Positions 8,317 to 15,908 of a stretch of DNA of 37,949 nucleotides are shown piece after piece. Below the pieces are notes generated by a model. It worked only from the letters and a program-made list of their open reading frames with translations, did no database searches and had not been told where the DNA came from. Source of the stretch: a virus (Duplodnaviria > Caudoviricetes); the IMG/VR virus record IMGVR_UViG_3300020045_005087, positions 1 through 37,949 of that record. One strand, 5' to 3'. Made by a program: the position numbers and the translations under genes. Position 1 is the first letter of the stretch, and each line of letters begins with the position of its first letter.

Positions 8317-11300
8317 CTAAGCGCTTATGCCGGACAATGCCAGCCTGTTAATTTCTGCGATAATCAAATCTGACATTTTATCAGCGCCAAATTCTTGAAA
8401 ATGGGTGTTGTCTGAAACGCCACTTGGGTAATACGGATATTCTCCTGGGTCAGTATAAAGATAAAGCTGTTTTGATCCTTCAACCCCATAAGACTGCACC
8501 AATGCCATACTGGTCTCATAAAGCTGGATAACTTCCACGCTTTGTTCTGTAGAGATTTCATACAGTTTTGGAACATATGCGTGGTTATCAACGACTGTGG
8601 TGCCACTAAAGCTCCTACGTGTAACCGATGTCACCAAAACAGGCACCGCGCCCTTTGCTTTTGAAGCTGTCACCATAGTGGTGATATTTGTCTTATACTC
8701 GCCTGATGTGCTGTCGTTTTCGTCGTTATGCCCTAGCTGTATAAAAACATAATCACCAGCCTGGAAAGCGGCTAACGCGGCCGTCCAATTTCCCACCGTA
8801 TTATTAAGGTAAGTCTTAGCCGATGCTCCGGATTCTGCAAGATTGACAACAGGCGCTTTGGTTGCCAGCTTAGTGGTTAATGACTTACCCCAGCCTTGCC
8901 GTGGCGCTCTTGTGCTATCCTCGTAAGACACGGTAGAATCACCGATTAAGTACACACGACCATTAAAAATAACTGGTGGCGGTGGCGTTGATCCGTATTC
9001 AAACGCGCCCAAGTCGGGAGCGGTGTCTGCATAAGTAACGCCTGACACAATCGTCCCAGCATTAATTAAATCACTGCCAAGGACTAGATTTAAGTAAGTT
9101 GTCGCGGGTAAACTTCCATCTGCTTGCCGTGCTCCTTGAGCCGTTGCGGGGTCAGTAGAGACAAAATCGATAGAGTTTACAGTTACAGCAAGATTCCATG
9201 AGTTAAAAGTATCATTGGACGCCGCGACATTCCCGGTTGTGCCCAAGTATGAAAGATTGTTCTTCAAAACATGCACAATGCCTGACGCGGTGCCAGAATT
9301 ATACGTGCCGGGGAAATAATAGTTTTGGCCGACATTATTGCTGCTTGTGCAGTTGTATATGTAATTTGGCGTATTGGCCGAATTTTCGTTAATGCCGATG
9401 TCTTTGTTTTGAAAAGCCAAGCATCTTTTTAAGATGTTACCCCCAGATTGCCCTGTCGTGTTTGACCTACGGCCTCCGAGCTTAAAGCCTGTTCCATTGC
9501 CTAAGCCGGTAGTGCCATCCGCCGCGTAGCCATTTTTCCACGACCAACAATTAGTAAATGTGACGGGTTGCGCTGATAGATTGTCCTGGACGCAAAAAGT
9601 ATCGTAGCCGTCGTCAGAGTTAAGCCATGACCGGCAACCTGTTAATGAATTGCCAGTGCCAGTTGTGCTGATCTGGAAGCCATCTGAATCACCAGGCGAA
9701 GTAGAGCGGTTATGATGTGAGTCGCAGTTGATAATTTGGTTGTTAGCAGAGGAGTTATAAATTACCACGCCTGTTCCGCGAGTACCGGCTGTACCTAATC
9801 TGCCAGAATACGAAAAGTCACAATTTTCGATGATGTTATAGTTTGACGCACCATCCAGACGAAACCCTCCCTCAGTGCAGTTTTTGACATCAAAACCCTT
9901 AATGTGGAAATAAGACTTGCTCGACCCGTAAAATCCCCAATTATTCGCGGGCTGCCCGGAACCGTCGATGACTGGCCTCTCGCCTGGATAGGCGAATAAA
10001 TGCACCAGGTTCCCTGCTGTGCCAGACTTGGGCACGATAGAAGCTGTTATGGCATAAGTGCCAGCGCGGACATAAACATAGCCGCCTACGGGCACCATAG
10101 TTAAGCCCTTGGCGATGGTTTTATAGGGCTGGGTTAGTGAGCCTGTGCCGGTAGTGTCATTGCCTGTCGTTGCTACATAAATACCTGCTGGAGCTGCTGG
10201 GGTGGCCGTGACGACTGCCGTTGAATCAACGCTATTATTACCCGCTGCATCGTAAGCTCTGACTGTGTATGTGTAAGAAGTAAGCTGTGTTAATCCTGAA
10301 TGCGTAAAAGTAAGCTCTGTTGTTGTCGTGCCAACTTGAGCGCCATTAGCCAGTATTTTATAGCCAACAACGCCAATGTTATCTGTAGCCGCTGACCAAT
10401 CAATACGGATAGTCGTGCTATCGATAGCTGTACCTGTGACATTTGTAGGGGCAGTAGGCAAGGTCACATCGGCAACCTCTCCGCCGCCTGGGCTAGTGAC
10501 AGATAAGCTCCATCCGCCTGCAATTGATCCAGCGTCTCCGGCACCGTCATCCCAAACAAATAGCTTCCACACGCCATTTGGCGAGATACCGTTAAAAACG
10601 TTTAGGTCAGTAGGGTAAGGCATTACCGGGGCAGGTGAGGGTAAATTAGAATCAGCCGGTCCGGTTTCGATATTAGTTGGTAAATAGGTGCCTGTTGTCA
10701 AAGCAGTAGATGGCAAAGACTGTGTTGCAGCCATGTCAAATGTCAGTGTACAGGTTGTCGTCGGTCCCAGGTTGCCAACATCGCCCATTAACATGCAATA
10801 CTTTGTTGTATCGGGTGCCTGTAAAACAACTTCAACATCACGTGTAAACACATGACTAAAGTTGATCAACTGGCAGGTCACCTTAGTGACCGTGTTTGAC
10901 ATCCCAGAAATAGTTATTTCAGAAGGATATGGGCTGCCAGCGCCTATGTCTGGCCCGATAGATATTAACGTGCTATTAGTAACGGTCTGTAGTGTTGCAT
11001 TGGCGTCCGTTGTTGCGGTAGCCGTGTTTGACTGATCGCTTTCGTTGACTGCCGCATCCAGAGCCGTTACATTAAAATCGTATGCTGTATTTTCAGTAAG
11101 TCCAGAAACTCGATAGGTTGTGACACTGCCGATAGTGTCAATGGCAACGGTATCTTGATAAATCTTATAGCCAGTAACCGCGATATTATCTGATGATGTA
11201 TCCCAAGCTAAATCAATAACGGACGATGAAAATGTCGTTGCTGTTAAATTACTGGGTGCGCTGGGCTTAAGCGTATCGATATAAGCCGAAGTGGTCGCCT

Positions 11301-11916
11301 GGATTGTTGCTGATACGTCGGAATAATTAAGCGCGTCGTCATAAGCATACAGATAAAAATTATACTCTGTTGACGGAATTAAGCCGGTAAGATGCCATAT
11401 TGTGTCTGTTGTTGTGCCCTGGCTTATGCCATCATTGAAAAACTCATAACCTGCCACGCCTACATTATCCGATGCCGCGTCCCAGCTTACGTCTATTTCT
11501 GTCGATGAAATAACAGTTACTGAAAGCCCTGTAGGTGTCGATGGCTTAACAACATCAACAAAGGGGATGTCAAAAGGTGGCTTGTCTTCGTAGGGCGAGT
11601 AAACCGTAATCTGGAATGACCCTTCCGTGGCTGGCTGGATGTCTGAATCGGTGGCATTAAGAAATTGTAGCAATACCGTATCATCTGCTACGACACGCCC
11701 TGCTATAACAGCTATTTCTGATGGCAGTTCATTTGTTGCAATAACACGCAAGATAATATCAGAGTATCGGTCGTCGTGTTGCGCGGTTACGCCGCTGACA
11801 CTGGCCAACTGTACGCTAGTTGAATGCGCTCTGACCAATGTATGGCTATAATCAAAGTCAATAATTTTGACCCTGTTCGTGGTTGCCGGGTCAGTTATTA
11901 CGATATTGGGTGTCAT
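8317..11916 (-). CDS. 1199-aa modular virion protein: decoration-like domain, FN3 x2, proprotein-convertase P-domain, FN3, PL9 polysaccharide lyase, CE12/SGNH acetylesterase
   Basis: FN3 motifs W..[AS].DN.[GA]V.GY at aa ~121, 214, 483; PL9 motifs SDGF, NSDDGYD, GNGTGFKLGG, PDLGAFEY; SGNH motifs GDST, GWG, GHND, DNTH. Confidence 0.85.
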   Translation of the reverse strand: MTPNIVITDPATTNRVKIIDFDYSHTLVRAHSTSVQLASVSGVTAQHDDRYSDIILRVIATNELPSEIAVIAGRVVADDTVLLQFLNATDSDIQPATEGSFQITVYSPYEDKPPFDIPFVDVVKPSTPTGLSVTVISSTEIDVSWDAASDNVGVAGYEFFNDGISQGTTTDTIWHLTGLIPSTEYNFYLYAYDDALNYSDVSATIQATTSAYIDTLKPSAPSNLTATTFSSSVIDLAWDTSSDNIAVTGYKIYQDTVAIDTIGSVTTYRVSGLTENTAYDFNVTALDAAVNESDQSNTATATTDANATLQTVTNSTLISIGPDIGAGSPYPSEITISGMSNTVTKVTCQLINFSHVFTRDVEVVLQAPDTTKYCMLMGDVGNLGPTTTCTLTFDMAATQSLPSTALTTGTYLPTNIETGPADSNLPSPAPVMPYPTDLNVFNGISPNGVWKLFVWDDGAGDAGSIAGGWSLSVTSPGGGEVADVTLPTAPTNVTGTAIDSTTIRIDWSAATDNIGVVGYKILANGAQVGTTTTELTFTHSGLTQLTSYTYTVRAYDAAGNNSVDSTAVVTATPAAPAGIYVATTGNDTTGTGSLTQPYKTIAKGLTMVPVGGYVYVRAGTYAITASIVPKSGTAGNLVHLFAYPGERPVIDGSGQPANNWGFYGSSKSYFHIKGFDVKNCTEGGFRLDGASNYNIIENCDFSYSGRLGTAGTRGTGVVIYNSSANNQIINCDSHHNRSTSPGDSDGFQISTTGTGNSLTGCRSWLNSDDGYDTFCVQDNLSAQPVTFTNCWSWKNGYAADGTTGLGNGTGFKLGGRRSNTTGQSGGNILKRCLAFQNKDIGINENSANTPNYIYNCTSSNNVGQNYYFPGTYNSGTASGIVHVLKNNLSYLGTTGNVAASNDTFNSWNLAVTVNSIDFVSTDPATAQGARQADGSLPATTYLNLVLGSDLINAGTIVSGVTYADTAPDLGAFEYGSTPPPPVIFNGRVYLIGDSTVSYEDSTRAPRQGWGKSLTTKLATKAPVVNLAESGASAKTYLNNTVGNWTAALAAFQAGDYVFIQLGHNDENDSTSGEYKTNITTMVTASKAKGAVPVLVTSVTRRSFSGTTVVDNHAYVPKLYEISTEQSVEVIQLYETSMALVQSYGVEGSKQLYLYTDPGEYPYYPSGVSDNTHFQEFGADKMSDLIIAEINRLALSGISA

Positions 11917-12266
11917 AGCGTGCCATCCGTTATAGGCATGACCGGCTTGTAGATAACAATAGTATATGCTTCGTTAGCTGTCGGGGTAACGGGTGATGCT
12001 GTTGGGTTAAAAAAGCAAATCTTTACTTTGTTATCTTCTGATACATTGCCATACATGATAACTAAGCCTGCTTGGTCCGCTGCTTTAGTGACACATAGCA
12101 CTTGATCGCTTGGGACTAAGCCATCACTGATGCTAACGCGTGGAACGTCAAATTCCTGGAAACTTACGGTATTGGCCGCCACTTCAGATGGCGATAACAC
12201 TAAAGTTATTGTGTAGATATGGTTTGACGTTAATGTCTGCGACACTAAGATATTGGGTAATGCCAT
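11913..12266 (-). CDS. Capsid decoration-like protein, paralog 2
   Basis: Aligns by eye end-to-end with 12322-12681 (PNI, DQV..VTK...QAGL, V...N.VKI.F.NPTA...T.TANE.Y). Confidence 0.65.
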   Translation of the reverse strand: MALPNILVSQTLTSNHIYTITLVLSPSEVAANTVSFQEFDVPRVSISDGLVPSDQVLCVTKAADQAGLVIMYGNVSEDNKVKICFFNPTASPVTPTANEAYTIVIYKPVMPITDGTL

Positions 12267-12277
12267 ATCTAAACCTT

Positions 12278-12300
12278 AAAAAATGCCCGGCGAACCGGGC
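12278..12300 (-). terminator. Intrinsic terminator between decoration paralogs 1 and 2
   Basis: Minus strand GCCCGG-TTCG-CCGGGC-ATTTTTT (UUCG tetraloop plus U-tract). Confidence 0.85.
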
Positions 12301-12321
12301 TAGGTGAGGTGAGGTAAATCT

Positions 12322-12681
12322 TTAACCCGAGAAGGTTGTATCAAACGGCGCCGAAGGTCTAAACACAGTCAATACATAAACCTCGTTGGCTGTGGCTGTA
12401 ATGCCAGCCGCCGTAGGGTTCATAAACGCGATTTTTACAGTATTGGCCGCCGTTACTCTAGCGCCTGTTACTGCCAATCCCGCTTGATAAGTGGGTTTGG
12501 TAACGTTGATAATTTGATCGCCTGGTTGCAAAGAATCTGCAATAGCCAATCCAGTTACGGTTACTGAGTGTTCCAGCGTTGAAACAGTTGGAGTTGATGC
12601 CACCGTGCCCACATCGACATTAATTGCCCTGATGTGTGAGAAGCTTAACGGGGATGATGAAACAATATTTGGTGCTGCCAT
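12322..12681 (-). CDS. Capsid decoration/cement-like protein, paralog 1
   Basis: 119-aa beta-rich protein immediately downstream of the MCP gene. Confidence 0.7.
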   Translation of the reverse strand: MAAPNIVSSSPLSFSHIRAINVDVGTVASTPTVSTLEHSVTVTGLAIADSLQPGDQIINVTKPTYQAGLAVTGARVTAANTVKIAFMNPTAAGITATANEVYVLTVFRPSAPFDTTFSG

Positions 12682-12704
12682 GAGTTTAATCCTATAAATT
12701 TATT

Positions 12705-12731
12705 AAAACATGCCCCGCATAGCAGGGCATG
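12705..12731 (-). terminator. Probable partial terminator after the MCP gene
   Basis: Minus strand CATGCCCTGC-TAT-GCGGGGCATG-TTTT. Confidence 0.65.
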
Positions 12732-12759
12732 GTTGCAATACACTATACCTATTAACTTC

Positions 12760-14016
12760 TTAACCGGTTAACCTGGCAGCCATTTCCGGGTAAACCGCCT
12801 TCCATCCGTACAAGCAATCTAAACGGGTAAAGTAGTTATCAGACTGGATGTCATATTGACCAACTATTCGTACTGACAACCCAGCCGCTTTGCTTGATGC
12901 CCGTGAAGCGTTATTAACACCCATAGGTAACGGTAAATCAGCAACCGCAAGAGTGAAAGCTGACTTGTGCATCGCGATATTTTGCTGATACTGTGCAGAG
13001 TTTAAGCCGCTCAAGATCGTACAAGTAGCAGATGCTGCAATGGTGCCCGTGCTCGATGTGACATTCTGGAAAGCGCCGCTAAATATTGGGTAAGGCAGGA
13101 TATTAACGGAAGTTGCAGATGCCAGCGTGTCAGCCATAACAACAAAGTTTTGCAGTTGCCCGGTTGATTGTCTTGACTGAGGGTTGACCGCATAAACGTT
13201 AGCAATGGTGAACACTGTGCCAGCGGTTAGCGTGCCAGTAATAGCGGCTGTACCGAGTGCAAATACAGTTGTTGCATCAGATTGAACGGTATTACTGCCC
13301 GCTTGAGCTGTAGCTGAAATTGCAAAAGTACCGTTTTGAGTTCCAGATGTATGGATAGGCGCGTTCTGATCGTTGTAAAAATCAAAGCCGAGAACACCTT
13401 TACCCATTGCACCTTTACGATAAATATCGCTGATCGTTTGAGCTGGGTTAAATAGTGTGGCATTAGCAGTAACCAAGCCGGTGCGAGTTGATGGCGCTAT
13501 GATTGCAGTTCTGTCACCGTCCATCGGTGCTGCATTCTCATCAAGCTTTTGCCCTAGTTGAGCAATCGCAGTCAGAGCTTGCGCAGATGTTGGCGTGCCG
13601 TTTAACTGTCCAGGGGTTCCGACAAAGTTCCAGACGTTTTTATACGCCATTTGCATCCCGTTATAGTCAATTTTGTTGGCTAATGCGGCAGCGGCTGGTT
13701 TGATAAATTGGTCTGAAAAATCGTTGATGTTAAGCGCCAAATCTTGGCTTGAGAAAACGAGTCCAACGTTATCCTGGTTTGTTAGTGTGACAGGCACGTA
13801 AGTCTCGGTGCTGTTTTGCGGGACTAAAGCCTGGCCGGTAGTGACCACATAACGCGCAGGCTTGCGGACGTTGACCGTGGAGCCGATCTTGCCGCCACCG
13901 TTTTTAAATTCAGAGGAGTAGTTACGGGAAACGTTGTTCGAGAACGTCAACTGGTTTTCCAGGACGTCAAGCGCTTCCATTGTGATTTTGCTGATTGTTA
14001 GTAATTGGTTAGCCAT
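12760..14016 (-). CDS. Major capsid protein, P22 coat (gp5) family
   Basis: 418 aa; KIGSTVNVRKP, FIKPAAAALANKID, FTIANVYAVNPQSRQSTG.LQNFVV, TRLDCLYGW; follows the scaffold; AGGAG RBS. Confidence 0.92.
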   Translation of the reverse strand: MANQLLTISKITMEALDVLENQLTFSNNVSRNYSSEFKNGGGKIGSTVNVRKPARYVVTTGQALVPQNSTETYVPVTLTNQDNVGLVFSSQDLALNINDFSDQFIKPAAAALANKIDYNGMQMAYKNVWNFVGTPGQLNGTPTSAQALTAIAQLGQKLDENAAPMDGDRTAIIAPSTRTGLVTANATLFNPAQTISDIYRKGAMGKGVLGFDFYNDQNAPIHTSGTQNGTFAISATAQAGSNTVQSDATTVFALGTAAITGTLTAGTVFTIANVYAVNPQSRQSTGQLQNFVVMADTLASATSVNILPYPIFSGAFQNVTSSTGTIAASATCTILSGLNSAQYQQNIAMHKSAFTLAVADLPLPMGVNNASRASSKAAGLSVRIVGQYDIQSDNYFTRLDCLYGWKAVYPEMAARLTG

Positions 14017-14019
14017 TTG

Positions 14020-14062
14020 GCGCTCCTAAAAGTGAAAAAATTAATTTTCAGTTCGGGAGCGC
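14020..14062 (-). promoter_or_regulatory. Stem-loop occluding the MCP ribosome-binding site
   Basis: Minus strand GCGCTCC...TGAAAA-TTAATT-TTTTCA...A-GGAGCGC-CAA-ATG; GGAG lies in a 7-bp stem. Confidence 0.6.
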
Positions 14063-14115
14063 GACCACCAATTAACGCGGCGTTTTAACTGTCTGACATG
14101 TATCGTGACGTGATA

Positions 14116-14328
14116 CTACGGTATCACATTAAAATAGTCCTGTTTTTGCTGGTTGTCAATATTTTTATCCAAGTGAAAATCTTTAACCCAAAGCTCGTCA
14201 GTGCGGTAAGTTTTGCTTAGTATTTTTTCTAACCCAGTTCTTTTATTTTTTAATGCGCGTATACCAGCTTCAAGAACGATGTTACTTTGTTTTTCAAATT
14301 CTAAAGAAGTTATAAGCTGATTAGCCAT
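14116..14328 (-). CDS. 70-aa protein whose N-terminus resembles the MCP N-terminus
   Basis: MANQLITSLEFEKQSNIVLE vs MCP MANQLLTISKITMEALDVLE, ungapped; ATG at 14328. Confidence 0.55.
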   Translation of the reverse strand: MANQLITSLEFEKQSNIVLEAGIRALKNKRTGLEKILSKTYRTDELWVKDFHLDKNIDNQQKQDYFNVIP

Positions 14329-14548
14329 TATCGCACCGTCCTGATTTGTTTTTGTCAATTAAATCATGTTTAATTATTTCCAAAGCATTTTTATCAATGC
14401 TTTCGGCAAGCTTCTTTGATGCCTCTGACACCATGTAAGGATTTTTTGTTATCGTGACAGGACCATAAATATCTGTTCTGTTTTGAGGGACTAAGGCTTG
14501 GCCTGTGGTGACAACATAAAGTAATTCTATAACGTGTCCGCATCTCAT
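14321..14548 (-). CDS. 75-aa protein carrying an internal MCP fragment
   Basis: YVVTTGQALVPQN identical to MCP; ASKKLAESIDKN resembles MCP AAAALANKIDYN. Confidence 0.6.
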   Translation of the reverse strand: MRCGHVIELLYVVTTGQALVPQNRTDIYGPVTITKNPYMVSEASKKLAESIDKNALEIIKHDLIDKNKSGRCDNG

Positions 14549-14589
14549 CTTACACCTGATCTTCTCTGCTCTGCTCTAATTATTCTATA
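14545..14589 (-). pseudogene. Recoded copy of the scaffold C-terminus
   Basis: Encodes YRIIRAEQRRSGVR* vs scaffold YRRIRAEQRRTGAR*; stop codons shortly upstream in this frame. Confidence 0.65.
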
Positions 14590-14774
14590 TCTGGTAAATA
14601 ACAAGCATTATCTGTATTATTCCTTTCGATCTCCATTGATAAAAAATAGCTATCATTATCGACTGCCATAACATGCTCAACTTTTTCAATAACTCTCGAA
14701 AGTGACGAGGCGATGTAATAGCTTGTCAATTGATACCCATCTTCATGCATCCGGACTACTTTATAGCATTGCAT
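14580..14774 (-). CDS. Hypothetical protein (64 aa)
   Basis: TAATG coupling to the scaffold stop. Confidence 0.55.
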   Translation of the reverse strand: MQCYKVVRMHEDGYQLTSYYIASSLSRVIEKVEHVMAVDNDSYFLSMEIERNNTDNACYLPDIE

Positions 14775-15613
14775 TACCGAGCACCTGTCCGTCTTTGCTC
14801 TGCTCTTATCCTACGATACTCATCAGCATCGCCATTCTTTTCAGCTTGGTTAAGCCGCTCATCAAGGCTAAGCGTTGGCGCGTTACCAGACAAAGGGGCT
14901 ATTGGCTTGGGGTGTTGTGGCCTTGGCTTTGATGGTGCTTGTGCCGTATTATTCAGCGCATCAGATATAGCCCCGAGCGCCATAACCTTCTTAGCCTGGC
15001 TAAGCCGACTGATACGTTCAAGCTCGCCTGGATTAGTGCCCAGGTAAAATACCAGTGCAGGGGCGTTATCATCTTCGCTTATCGCCTCATATATTAATTG
15101 ACTGTCGATTAGGCTGCTAGTTGTTACCGCGTCCAATGCATCCTGGTATCCTGGGTTAGTTTGCACAAAAGCCGCTTCTTTAGCTTTAACCGCTTCGATC
15201 TTTTGTTGCTCAACTTTTTCGTGATCGCGCTTATCAATAGCGATTGCAGTTTTGTAGTCTGTGAGAGCTTCGATATAGTCCGGATTAAAAACCCCGCCCA
15301 CATAATCATCGGGCTTTGGCTTATCCGCAAATGTTTGAGTTTGCGCAGGCTCTCGCTCAACTTTTCTCTGCTTAAGCATGTCTTGCATTTCTGCGATTTC
15401 TTGCTTGAGCAACGCTTTTTCATTAGCGAGTTGCCTTATGCGTGACTGTGCGTCGTGCTTTTTAGTCTCCGGCTCCGGTTCTATGTCCTGAGCTTCTTCT
15501 GTTATGTCTGGACCTGCTTCTTGGGTAAAGTCATCAGCTTCGGGGGGAACGTTTACATCTTCAACCAGTGCAGCTTCTTCGGGTATGCTGTCTACTACTT
15601 CAATATCGCTCAT
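14774..15613 (-). CDS. Capsid scaffolding protein
   Basis: Acidic N-terminus, QSRIRQLANEK coiled coil, KPKPDDY, LVFYLGTNP, PKPIAPL and a basic C-terminal tip; upstream of MCP. Confidence 0.82.
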   Translation of the reverse strand: MSDIEVVDSIPEEAALVEDVNVPPEADDFTQEAGPDITEEAQDIEPEPETKKHDAQSRIRQLANEKALLKQEIAEMQDMLKQRKVEREPAQTQTFADKPKPDDYVGGVFNPDYIEALTDYKTAIAIDKRDHEKVEQQKIEAVKAKEAAFVQTNPGYQDALDAVTTSSLIDSQLIYEAISEDDNAPALVFYLGTNPGELERISRLSQAKKVMALGAISDALNNTAQAPSKPRPQHPKPIAPLSGNAPTLSLDERLNQAEKNGDADEYRRIRAEQRRTGAR

Positions 15614-15614
15614 A

Positions 15615-15887
15615 TTAATGACCCGCCCCGTATGTGTTGATCATTGGTAGTAATAACTGCCTGTCCACTTGGTCACGATATTCCCGTTCTTGCTGCTCAT
15701 TTTCTTCGCGTTGTAATTTAATCATTTCCTGCTGGTTTTGAATCTGTTGCTGGTTGTAATAACTTTGTTGCTGCCGCTGGTAATCGTCATTTTCGTAATT
15801 ACTGCTCCCTTGATTAAACAATATTGGGATCACCGCGCTTGCCGATGCGCATACAAACATTAACGACACTGCTATAATTTTTCTCAT
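15615..15887 (-). CDS. Small Gln-rich protein with predicted Sec signal peptide
   Basis: MRKIIAVSLMFVCASASA (A-x-A cleavage) then Q/E/N-rich helix. Confidence 0.55.
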   Translation of the reverse strand: MRKIIAVSLMFVCASASAVIPILFNQGSSNYENDDYQRQQQSYYNQQQIQNQQEMIKLQREENEQQEREYRDQVDRQLLLPMINTYGAGH

Positions 15888-15908
15888 CTCATCACCTATT
15901 AATTATTA

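Noticed and set aside
13813-14518. Diversity-generating retroelement TR/VR pair
   Set aside because: Differences are at synonymous positions and not adenine-specific; no reverse transcriptase in the genome
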